DNA of 52,734 nucleotides from a virus (lineage: Duplodnaviria > Caudoviricetes): positions 1 through 52,734 of IMG/VR virus record IMGVR_UViG_3300033155_001357. One strand, 5' to 3'. Below, one piece after another: positions 39,135-46,833 of the stretch; positions within the stretch are counted from its first letter, which is position 1; every line of letters starts with the position of its first letter. A model generated the notes under the pieces. It was not told the origin of the DNA, did not search any database, and saw only the letters and a list, made by a program, of their open reading frames with translations. The position numbers were made by a program, and so were the translations under genes.

Positions 39135-39902
39135 TCACGGAAGTGCTTTTTTGATAAGTTGCTGAATGTGTGGAAGAGCTACTGCTACTCCACTGCCTGG
39201 TACTGGTGTACGACTAGTTAGACTTTGCGTATAGGTTCCATATTGGATACCTATTATCTCTTGGTGTTGATTAAATAACCCTCCACCTGAATTACCATAG
39301 TAGTTAGCTGCACACGTGATAAACCATTGAATACCTTTACGTTTTTCTACATAACTAAGACAACATTTAGATACATTACGCTCGCGACGTTGGAGTGCTC
39401 CTATCAACCAGATATTTGATCCTATTTCGGGCAGTTGTTTAGCTATCTTAACTGCTGGACCATTTTTTGCTTGTGGAATAACACCTACAAGCAAAGCAAG
39501 ATCAGCTTTTTCGTCTTTGGCTAAGACAAATGATGGTACAACTTTACCTGTTTTCTTTAAACCCACTAGAATAAGTGCTGTAGGACCTTGTACTTTATGT
39601 ACTGCCTTAACTACATGCCATGATGTAAGTGTTACAATTGGCTTGTGTTTGAGGTTTTCAATCAATACTGCGGAGCCTTTAATTCTTAGATGGCCGTCTA
39701 TATCTGTCAGAATAGAACGACTAGCGTCGTATGCTTGTTTGATTCGTTTATCTATTTTGTAAGACGAGAGTGTAACGTTATGGATAGTACTGAAAGAACG
39801 TGTCTTATAAGTATTAGCTTTGGTACAACTAACTAATAGAACACCACCAAAGACTAGTGTCATAATTGCTAATATTGCTAGATATGGACGTAGTTCTTTC
39901 AC
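39135..39902 (-). CDS. Trypsin-like serine protease, probable lipoprotein
   Basis: Signal peptide with LVSC lipobox; TSWHVV, DLALL, GNSGGG triad. Confidence 0.85.
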   Translation of the reverse strand: MKELRPYLAILAIMTLVFGGVLLVSCTKANTYKTRSFSTIHNVTLSSYKIDKRIKQAYDASRSILTDIDGHLRIKGSAVLIENLKHKPIVTLTSWHVVKAVHKVQGPTALILVGLKKTGKVVPSFVLAKDEKADLALLVGVIPQAKNGPAVKIAKQLPEIGSNIWLIGALQRRERNVSKCCLSYVEKRKGIQWFITCAANYYGNSGGGLFNQHQEIIGIQYGTYTQSLTSRTPVPGSGVAVALPHIQQLIKKALP

Positions 39903-39921
39903 TGTTCCTCTTTTTGGGAGG

Positions 39922-40170
39922 TTAAGTTATTCTCTTGAATGTAACAAGGCCAGTCTTACGCATGACCTTGATCTCCTCCCATTCACTTACTCCGATTTCA
40001 CCAGTTTTGCGTTCGTTGTTCATATTTTCTTCTAGTGGTGCCATTGCTGCTAGGTCAGGTACTTCTACCCAACCTTCTTCATCGTCAGCAGCTAGCGCTC
40101 CGCGAACCCATTTTCCATCCAGGAAAACCAGGGTCACTGAGAAGTCTAGATCACTGCTTGTGATTCGCAT
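39922..40170 (-). CDS. Hypothetical protein
   Basis: ORF track. Confidence 0.55.
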   Translation of the reverse strand: MRITSSDLDFSVTLVFLDGKWVRGALAADDEEGWVEVPDLAAMAPLEENMNNERKTGEIGVSEWEEIKVMRKTGLVTFKRIT

Positions 40171-40450
40171 ATTTCTTCCTCTTAGACTGTTTGTCCTGCC
40201 AGCGTTTCTTCTTTGCTTTCCAGCGGCGCTCGCGTTCTTCCTTGTATTTGGGGTCTTTCATTACTTTACCACAAACACAGCACTCTTGCTCCTTGTTAAT
40301 AGGACCTTGATTCTTGTACTGTGTCCATACTTCGACCATGTTGCCAGGACAGGACTTGCGTGTACATTTACGGCCAGAGCCTAATTCCTTCATGTATTGT
40401 AGGCTTAACCCATTGATTTGATTAGTACGGTGTTTGTTTGCTCGTGACAT
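40151..40450 (-). CDS. Basic zinc-finger protein
   Basis: CTRKSC and CCVCG. Confidence 0.55.
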   Translation of the reverse strand: MSRANKHRTNQINGLSLQYMKELGSGRKCTRKSCPGNMVEVWTQYKNQGPINKEQECCVCGKVMKDPKYKEERERRWKAKKKRWQDKQSKRKKYANHKQ

Positions 40451-40480
40451 GTACGTTCCTTTGACTCTAAGTATAGTAAA

Positions 40481-41095
40481 TTACTCAGAGAGGTCAATGT
40501 GACCGAAACGTTCATCCACATCACTTTCTTTCATTTTCTGGATTGCTTTCTTATAGCCTACCTCGAATCCTTTTTGAAACTCTTCTGATAGGTCTTCAGT
40601 ATTATAGATAGGACCTGCCAGTATAGATCGTGTACTCATTTCAGTAGGGAAAGAAGTACATGCTTGAGCTAATATCATAGGGGTAAACGTATCTAGGTTT
40701 CTTGCAAAATTCATTAGTGCTTCTTGCATGTTATGCATATTGTCAGGAAGTTTTCTTGCAGCTGTATCTAATGCTTCAGCAATTTTTTCTACTGTTTGTA
40801 CATGTAAGTCTACAAGTTTGCGACGTGCTGCCTCTAACTCTACCTTATGGGTAGTGTTAGTAACCTCCATTTCAGGACCAGAAATGCGAGCATGCATAAA
40901 GGCGTTGACCCATGGGAAGTCAGCGTTACGTAGTACCGTAATTACAGCTTTAATTAGCTCTGCTTCTTCTTTTTTCTCTCCCCATGCATGAGCATCCTTA
41001 AGCTCTTGAGCTACAAGCTTATCGCTTTTCTCTTGTAGTTTTTGACGTTGTATAGTTCTATTTTTATACCATTCTGTTAGTTCTTGCGCAGACAT
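40481..41095 (-). CDS. Hypothetical protein
   Basis: ORF track. Confidence 0.6.
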   Translation of the reverse strand: MSAQELTEWYKNRTIQRQKLQEKSDKLVAQELKDAHAWGEKKEEAELIKAVITVLRNADFPWVNAFMHARISGPEMEVTNTTHKVELEAARRKLVDLHVQTVEKIAEALDTAARKLPDNMHNMQEALMNFARNLDTFTPMILAQACTSFPTEMSTRSILAGPIYNTEDLSEEFQKGFEVGYKKAIQKMKESDVDERFGHIDLSE

Positions 41096-41529
41096 GATTC
41101 CACCATTTTTTCAATACGTTTTTGAGTTCGCAATATTCGCACATCATATTGTTTGTTGTGCCAATTATTATGTCTCACCCAATGGGACTTGTGACTATGT
41201 TTACCCACACAACCTCTCTTTTTTAAGTAGAGTAGGTAAATACCAGTCTTGATGTTATGTTTTAGTTGTTGTAACTTCTTAACATTCTTGCACCATGGAG
41301 CATAGTTAACAGATGGACAATGTATCTGCATCAGTCCATGGTCATGTGTGTTCTTATTGTGTGCACCCTTATAACCTCTACTTTCGTGGTGGATAACTGC
41401 TATTACAAGCAGAGGATTAATATCATACACCTGTGAATAGTGAAGAACATGTTGGGCGATTGGTTTAACCGAAGACAATGGCGTTCCTAGTTGCAACAAG
41501 GTACAAACCATTATACCTAAAGGATTCAT
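41077..41529 (-). CDS. Lytic transglycosylase (SLT domain)
   Basis: INPLLVIAVIHHES, GLMQI, NIKTG..LL. Confidence 0.85.
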   Translation of the reverse strand: MNPLGIMVCTLLQLGTPLSSVKPIAQHVLHYSQVYDINPLLVIAVIHHESRGYKGAHNKNTHDHGLMQIHCPSVNYAPWCKNVKKLQQLKHNIKTGIYLLYLKKRGCVGKHSHKSHWVRHNNWHNKQYDVRILRTQKRIEKMVESCLRKN

Positions 41530-41849
41530 TTGTCTGTTCCTATCCAACTACTGTAACGATTAAGATACCATGCTGCAGGTTGCTTAGTGAGATCTGTTTG
41601 TTTCTTTGGCACAGTATACCCTAACAGTCGTGCGGCCTCCTTCTTTTCTTTATGGTCCACAAGTGCTACTTCAGTAATTACTACTTTATAAACAGGGCTA
41701 GTCTTTGTAGGTTGTCTAACTACAATTCCTTCACAGAAATATGTAAGACCCTTCGGATCACCCTTAGCATGTGCATGAAAGTATACTCCAGCACCTAGCT
41801 TAAAAGCATGCTTAGGAGATAGGCGGGCCGGGGTAGCTGCTTTGGTCAT
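41526..41849 (-). CDS. Hypothetical protein immediately downstream of and overlapping the RT
   Basis: Start placed at MTKAATP; overlaps RT 3' end. Confidence 0.55.
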   Translation of the reverse strand: MTKAATPARLSPKHAFKLGAGVYFHAHAKGDPKGLTYFCEGIVVRQPTKTSPVYKVVITEVALVDHKEKKEAARLLGYTVPKKQTDLTKQPAAWYLNRYSSWIGTDK

Positions 41850-42813
41850 GTATTTCCTTCCAACGTTGCTTTCTCTTCTCAAAATAATTTAGGAATTTCA
41901 CCTTCTGTAGGTGATTAACCATACCTACATAGTTAAGTTTACCTAGCATGAGTGGTCCCAGCGAAGTGCCCTGTCTTGCATACGTATCCAATTCTGCTCT
42001 GAGCTTACGCTTGTATGCTTTACCCACACCTGGTGTACTATTAACACCTACTCCTGTTACTATCTGTGGATGATTGTCTCTATATAGGACAACACTCTTC
42101 TTGTGGTTGGTTTTGTAACCATGCTTTTCAATGATAGCATTAACAGCCTTCTGTAAGCCAGGTGGGTATTTGTTTCCACTAAATGTAAGGTCATCCATAT
42201 ATCGTGTGTAACCCATGTCCATCATCCAAGCTATTGCTTGGAGTTCGATATCAGCTGTGCCAAAACATATACTAGAGACTAGAGGGCTTGTGGGTGCGCC
42301 TGTTGGTAGTCTAATCTCTCCTTTGATCTTCTCTATAAACATAAAACTAGCTGCATGCTCTAGCAATGCAAACAGTTCATCTGAGATTCCTTTATTTGCA
42401 TCTAAAGCTTTCCAGTAGTGAGTTAGTGTAGTTGAAGGGAAGAAGGCTTTCACATCCATCTTCACAATGACTTTACTATCTACATGATAGTAACCATTAG
42501 ATACTGCATCGTTAATTCCTCCTAGTCCGTAAACATAGGGAGAACGGGGGAGTTGTTGTAGTAGGGGAAGGAGTGCCCGCTGAATGAACTTAAGTTGTGG
42601 CTTGGGTTCTTCAATGATACGTGTTTTACCATTTGCTTTTGGGATTTTAAATGTGTTATATGCTTTCGATGAATTTGGGTTCCATGGTGCCATTATATTG
42701 AGAATATTATGCCACAACTGTAATCCATCTGCTGTGAGCTGTAATTCTATCACAGGTGTTTTAATATGATTGTAGAGAGCAATTGTTTTTGCACTTGTTG
42801 TTTTCATTCTCAT
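41812..42813 (-). CDS. Retron-type reverse transcriptase
   Basis: IPKANGKTRIIEEP..LKFIQ; region X-like NGYYH; KMDVKAFFPS; LPTGAPTSP; YTRYMDDLTFS; region Y VTG (QIVTGVGV). Confidence 0.92.
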   Translation of the reverse strand: MRMKTTSAKTIALYNHIKTPVIELQLTADGLQLWHNILNIMAPWNPNSSKAYNTFKIPKANGKTRIIEEPKPQLKFIQRALLPLLQQLPRSPYVYGLGGINDAVSNGYYHVDSKVIVKMDVKAFFPSTTLTHYWKALDANKGISDELFALLEHAASFMFIEKIKGEIRLPTGAPTSPLVSSICFGTADIELQAIAWMMDMGYTRYMDDLTFSGNKYPPGLQKAVNAIIEKHGYKTNHKKSVVLYRDNHPQIVTGVGVNSTPGVGKAYKRKLRAELDTYARQGTSLGPLMLGKLNYVGMVNHLQKVKFLNYFEKRKQRWKEIHDQSSYPGPPIS

Positions 42814-42845
42814 CTCTCTGTCTTTGGTAGGTAGTAGGTCGTTTC

Positions 42846-43147
42846 CCTAGGCCTAACCTGCCTCTCCACCATAAGGGTGTCCAATCAGATTTTCAAGACG
42901 TGGAACGTCTTCAGAAATCTGACTCCACTTCGTGACCGTGGTCTCTCTTGCGTAGCGTGAGACGAAAGTTTTCTTCGTCTCGTAGTGTAGCAATGTGAGA
43001 CCGTTGTCACGATGTGGTATCTTCAGCTCTTTTTGGCTCTTCTCTGAAGAGCGAAAGAGTTGAAGATGGTAAACCAAGGTGCTCACCTGAGTTTACCCCA
43101 AATACCATGTCTGAACCGAGTCGAATCAACCAGGTTTTGTGCCCAGA
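42846..43147 (-). ncRNA. Candidate retron msr-msd ncRNA with multi-hairpin msd
   Basis: Flanking a1/a2-like pairing (UCUGGGC..AACCUG with CAGGUU..GCCUAGG), unpaired G at 43130, hairpin 43068-43097, and three long hairpins 42885-42922, 42925-43017, 43019-43067, directly upstream of the RT. Confidence 0.75.
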
Positions 43148-43175
43148 TTCCTATAGGTCACTGGGCTTTTTGTTT
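43141..43175 (+). terminator. Possible intrinsic terminator on the + strand
   Basis: GCCCAG..CTGGGC stem followed by TTTTTGTTT. Confidence 0.35.
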
Positions 43176-43278
43176 ATAGTTCCTTGTCAATGAGAGCCCT
43201 AAGTTTCTTCACTAGCAAAGGGCCAACGAGCCCGAGTAGTAGCCCACCTACTCCACCGATTAGTAGTCCTGTCAACAT
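43174..43278 (-). CDS. Small single-TM protein (34 aa)
   Basis: AGGAGGTGA RBS; MLTGLLIGGVGGLLLGLVGPLLVKKLRALIDKEL. Confidence 0.7.
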   Translation of the reverse strand: MLTGLLIGGVGGLLLGLVGPLLVKKLRALIDKEL

Positions 43279-43282
43279 GTTG

Positions 43283-43552
43283 TCACCTCCTGTGTGGCCA
43301 GATCTGACACTTCTTTAGATGCTTTGGTAGCATTATAGTGACAGACCCTTTCTTCTTTATGGTAACACGCTTGTAGTGTTTAAAACCCTGTTGTGATCTA
43401 TCATAGTCACACTTGAGTTCTACATCTACAGTAATAGAGTAAGGATTATTGATAGTTAGTTGGATAGGAGGGTCTGGTACTGCAGCACTTCCAGCGAAGA
43501 TTCCAAGAGCTGCAAATACCAGAAGCGTAAGAAAAAGTGTATGCCAGTACAT
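43283..43552 (-). CDS. Small secreted protein
   Basis: N-terminal signal peptide, two Cys. Confidence 0.6.
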   Translation of the reverse strand: MYWHTLFLTLLVFAALGIFAGSAAVPDPPIQLTINNPYSITVDVELKCDYDRSQQGFKHYKRVTIKKKGSVTIMLPKHLKKCQIWPHRR

Positions 43553-44077
43553 TTACTTCTCCAGCTCTGACATCCAATAGACATAACTAGTCCACTGCTC
43601 AGGGATAGAGCCACGGGTAGTGATAGTGAATACAGGAACCCAATTTGGCTGCTCAGGTTGCTTACGCAATCTCATGCCAGCTTCTCTAGGTGTTCTATTA
43701 GCCTTCTTAGCATTACAGTCACTGCAGCAAGAAACAATGTTTTCCCATTGTGTCTTTCCACCACGAGACTTTGGAACAACGTGGTCGTATGTAACATCAC
43801 TGAGACCTAGCTTGCACTTACAGTACATGCACTTCCATCTGTCTCTCGCAAGGATGTTATGCCTGGAGAACTTAACCTTCTTCTTGTGGCGTCTGAAAAG
43901 CTTAACTAAACGAACTACTGCAGGCATCTTAATAACCCAAGACCTACTACGTAGTACTTTGTCCTTGTACTCTTCAATAACCTCTACCTTCCCTAGTGTG
44001 AGTAGGGTTACTGCACGCTGCCATGAGATGGTAGCGACTGCTTGGTAGCTTTGGTCAAGTAGTAGTGTGTTTGTCAT
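43553..44077 (-). CDS. HNH endonuclease (McrA-like)
   Basis: FSRHNILARDRWKCMYC, TYDHVVPKSRGG..WENIVSCCSDCN.KK. Confidence 0.92.
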   Translation of the reverse strand: MTNTLLLDQSYQAVATISWQRAVTLLTLGKVEVIEEYKDKVLRSRSWVIKMPAVVRLVKLFRRHKKKVKFSRHNILARDRWKCMYCKCKLGLSDVTYDHVVPKSRGGKTQWENIVSCCSDCNAKKANRTPREAGMRLRKQPEQPNWVPVFTITTRGSIPEQWTSYVYWMSELEK

Positions 44078-44093
44078 GGGGCACCTCGCCTTC

Positions 44094-44447
44094 TCAGAAT
44101 CTCCATCTGAAATTTACATATGGTCCGTGACCTGTTTCCTCTTTCGCCTTGAGATATTCATATCTATACCTCGAATATGTAAATTGATGACCGAGTAGCA
44201 GACGTGCATGTTTGTTCAGTGGGATTTGTACAGTGATATAAAGATCAAACGCACCCCATCTTCTCGGCATACAAATATGGACGGGCTTCAGCCATTTCTT
44301 TTTCATAGGCTTAAAGCACCATCCAGTTGTTTTACTCCATGATTTAGCGTAGTAATGACGCAGTTCACGGAATGATCTTGCTTCGCTGCTAGTTGTAAAC
44401 AACAATAGCACAGTCATAATTAGTGCTAGCATACGAGCAGTTTTCAT
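44094..44447 (-). CDS. Secreted hypothetical protein
   Basis: Signal peptide ending SEA; C-terminal F. Confidence 0.6.
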   Translation of the reverse strand: MKTARMLALIMTVLLLFTTSSEARSFRELRHYYAKSWSKTTGWCFKPMKKKWLKPVHICMPRRWGAFDLYITVQIPLNKHARLLLGHQFTYSRYRYEYLKAKEETGHGPYVNFRWRF

Positions 44448-44449
44448 TG

Positions 44450-44524
44450 AACGCCCGACAGGATTTGAACCTGCATTGATCTCGGTTCGTAGCCGAGTGC
44501 CTATCCAGATTAGACTACGGGCGC
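44450..44524 (-). tRNA. tRNA-Arg(ACG)
   Basis: Cloverleaf; anticodon arm CTCGG CTACGAA CCGAG; T loop TTCAAAT. Confidence 0.92.
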
Positions 44525-45591
44525 ATTATTTTAAATTGATCAGGCATTTCATGATGTACTGCTTCTACAATATCATGAAAGCTAATATCATGCATACTTA
44601 GAATACCTCTTGGAAATATTTCCTGGTATACCATGGTAGCGACTGCTGCGACAACATACCCTGTCGCTTGGGCCATAGCTGAGATGTCATTCTCCTTATC
44701 GTAGTCCCATCTGTACCATGTACAAGGTGGTTGTTGATCATACCTTACTCCTAGTATAACAACATCTGGTATCAACTTAGACACACGAGGGAAGATTTCT
44801 GACATGGTACGAATCGCGTCACTCTTTTCTCTCCACAAAATATGCTGTTTGAGAAACTTAAAGTGACTTGTTGGTCTCACTGTCTTGTAGGTTAAAGTCT
44901 TCAGATTATTTACAAACATTTCAGGAGTAGACGACAGTCCACCTGATGTATATGCTGCTTCCATTGGCCAGAGATGAGAGATGGTAAGCCCAAGAGCTTC
45001 AATATACTCTATGTCATGTAGTGTTGGTACTCTTCTTAAACACCCTCCTAAAATTACCTGTGCAGTACCCGTCAGTTCCTGATAGAGCCCTTCTGGACTA
45101 AAAGATAGGGCATGACCGAAGTCAGGTTCACAGATCGATTGTGTGGCTCTCAGGCCTCCACAGTAAATCTCTACATGTTGTTTGCCTTGGAGTACAGCTT
45201 GAGCAGCAATGGATGAGACTATACCTGGGGCTAGTCCACAATCAAGTACTCGTGTAAGGAAGTAGGGACGCTTACGTCTACGTGCAAGAGCTGTACAGGC
45301 GTCGTCTCCACCGAGATCGATGAATCCGATGGCCCCCATGTGTTCTGCTTGATAGACCAGCGCATCATTCTCTTTTGGACTCAAACAACTAATGATTACT
45401 GAGCCTTTAATTAATGGTTTGTAACGAGCAGTAAAGGCTTGGAAACGTCCTTGCCATCCAATGTATTTATCACTGACAATGTGTGATCCTGCTGGATCAA
45501 TGGACACTACCATCTGTTCTGTGCTTTGTCTTAAGAATTTGACAATTGCACGGCCTGTGGCCCCTGCTCCACCAAGTACAATGTATGACAT
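44515..45591 (-). CDS. Saccharopine dehydrogenase/lysine 6-dehydrogenase family oxidoreductase
   Basis: VLGGAGATG Rossmann motif, DLGG, DCGLAPG, YCGGL, FSPEGL, TSGG, YKTVR, SAMAQATG. Confidence 0.88.
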   Translation of the reverse strand: MSYIVLGGAGATGRAIVKFLRQSTEQMVVSIDPAGSHIVSDKYIGWQGRFQAFTARYKPLIKGSVIISCLSPKENDALVYQAEHMGAIGFIDLGGDDACTALARRRKRPYFLTRVLDCGLAPGIVSSIAAQAVLQGKQHVEIYCGGLRATQSICEPDFGHALSFSPEGLYQELTGTAQVILGGCLRRVPTLHDIEYIEALGLTISHLWPMEAAYTSGGLSSTPEMFVNNLKTLTYKTVRPTSHFKFLKQHILWREKSDAIRTMSEIFPRVSKLIPDVVILGVRYDQQPPCTWYRWDYDKENDISAMAQATGYVVAAVATMVYQEIFPRGILSMHDISFHDIVEAVHHEMPDQFKIMRP

Positions 45592-45600
45592 GTATGGCTC

Positions 45601-45879
45601 CTAAACATCTGATGCACTACGTTGATTTAGGAAATCACGTTCGCAAGCAAAGACGTACTGTTCAGTTTTTCTCTCTCCTGCTGATAGAACTTGCCAGTGA
45701 TTTTCCCAATTTCCATGCTTATTTTTAAGCCGTAAGTACTTACCTACTACAGCGTATTTTTCAGGTAGCCATGTTGTTGTTAACACCCATCCATGATCAG
45801 AAGATGAAGGTCGTCTTACATTACATTGACGATAGAAGACATCTTTGCTGCCTCCTGTGTACGTTTCACAGATAGTCAT
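45601..45879 (-). CDS. Hypothetical protein
   Basis: Start placed at MTICET, just after the tRNA. Confidence 0.55.
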   Translation of the reverse strand: MTICETYTGGSKDVFYRQCNVRRPSSSDHGWVLTTTWLPEKYAVVGKYLRLKNKHGNWENHWQVLSAGERKTEQYVFACERDFLNQRSASDV

Positions 45880-45883
45880 TTTG

Positions 45884-45955
45884 TACCCCAACCAGGTGTC
45901 GAACCTGGGTCTCAACCTTAGGAGGGTTGCGCACTGTCCGTTGTACTATTGGGGC
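45884..45955 (-). tRNA. tRNA-Arg(CCT)
   Basis: CAACC CTCCTAA GGTTG; T arm CCAGG TTCGACA CCTGG. Confidence 0.92.
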
Positions 45956-45956
45956 G

Positions 45957-46235
45957 CTAGTTTGCTTCGTTTGTAATACCTCGAAGCTCTTTGTTGTTCT
46001 TGTAGAACCAAGTAACCATTTCATGGACGCGCTCTTCTTTTACTCCAGATTGCATAACATTCACCATTAGTAGAGAGTAAAGTGTATCAAAAAAGAGAGA
46101 TGTGCGCTCACTATCTTTCAAATCTCCCTTTTCTTCCATCAAGATAAGTAAAGTTTTATGCATGATTCTAGATAGTTTTTTAATTACACCTTTGTAGCTA
46201 CCTTGAGCTACTGACTGTGATCTATCATTTAACAT
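45957..46235 (-). CDS. Hypothetical protein
   Basis: AAGGA RBS before MLNDRS. Confidence 0.55.
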   Translation of the reverse strand: MLNDRSQSVAQGSYKGVIKKLSRIMHKTLLILMEEKGDLKDSERTSLFFDTLYSLLMVNVMQSGVKEERVHEMVTWFYKNNKELRGITNEAN

Positions 46236-46247
46236 GCTAATTCCTTG

Positions 46248-46330
46248 CGGAAGGTAGAGGAATCGAACCCCAAGCCTTGCAACTCCCCAGGGGTTCAAAC
46301 CCTGTTGCCAACCATTTAGCGGTACCTTCC
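46248..46330 (-). tRNA. tRNA-Ser(TGA)
   Basis: CAGGG TTTGAAC CCCTG; long variable arm; G73. Confidence 0.88.
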
Positions 46331-46457
46331 AATCGCGAGTGCTCTGATCTCTGAGCTATCCCTAGTCAATGTCTGATAATCCTAAAAGGATTCAAGGTGC
46401 GTAACACAATCAGATATTTTCTAGAGAATTGGATTCAAACCAATGACCCCTCGCGTG
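46331..46457 (-). ncRNA. Circularly permuted tRNA-like RNA (YrlA Y-RNA-like topology)
   Basis: Order: anticodon-stem 3' strand, variable loop, T arm, acceptor 3' strand, ~55-nt insert, acceptor 5' strand, TA, D arm, anticodon-stem 5' strand; all stems pair. Confidence 0.8.
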
Positions 46458-46528
46458 TGCGACTACTGAGAATCGAACTCAGATTACAGACATGGCAAGC
46501 CTGTGTCCTACCATTAAACGACAGTCGC
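46458..46528 (-). tRNA. tRNA-Gly(GCC)
   Basis: CAGGC TTGCCAT GTCTG; T arm CTGAG TTCGATT CTCAG. Confidence 0.9.
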
Positions 46529-46529
46529 G

Positions 46530-46745
46530 TTAAATATTTTCAAGAGCATCTAGTCTTTCACACAGATCATCATCTGTTTGATACAAGTGGAGGTCACATG
46601 CTCTCGTTGCTTTTGTAGTTCTGTCTCCATCATACAATACAAAGACGTAATCATTAGTGACTTTTGCTATCCATCCAAGTTCTCTTGGTGGTCCCTTATA
46701 CTCTACATCTCTACCTATATTTTTCTTGGCTTGTTCTAGTGTCAT
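46530..46745 (-). CDS. Small hypothetical protein
   Basis: Fills the gap between two tRNAs. Confidence 0.6.
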   Translation of the reverse strand: MTLEQAKKNIGRDVEYKGPPRELGWIAKVTNDYVFVLYDGDRTTKATRACDLHLYQTDDDLCERLDALENI

Positions 46746-46749
46746 CTTG

Positions 46750-46833
46750 CGGAAAGGACTGGAATCGAACCAGCTGGGCCTTGCAGCCCTAACACGCTTC
46801 CAACGTGCTTGCGTACCTTACACATCCCTTTCC
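46750..46833 (-). tRNA. tRNA-Ser(GGA)
   Basis: GCACG TTGGAAG CGTGT; long variable arm; G73. Confidence 0.88.

Noticed and set aside
41812-42813. RT as part of a DGR or group II intron
   Set aside because: No template/variable repeat pair or Avd gene seen, no maturase/endonuclease domain or intron domain V; motifs are retron-like.
42853-43086. 77-aa ORF upstream of the RT
   Set aside because: It runs through nearly continuous long hairpins, has a GTG start without a clear RBS and no recognisable motif; an ncRNA explains the region better.
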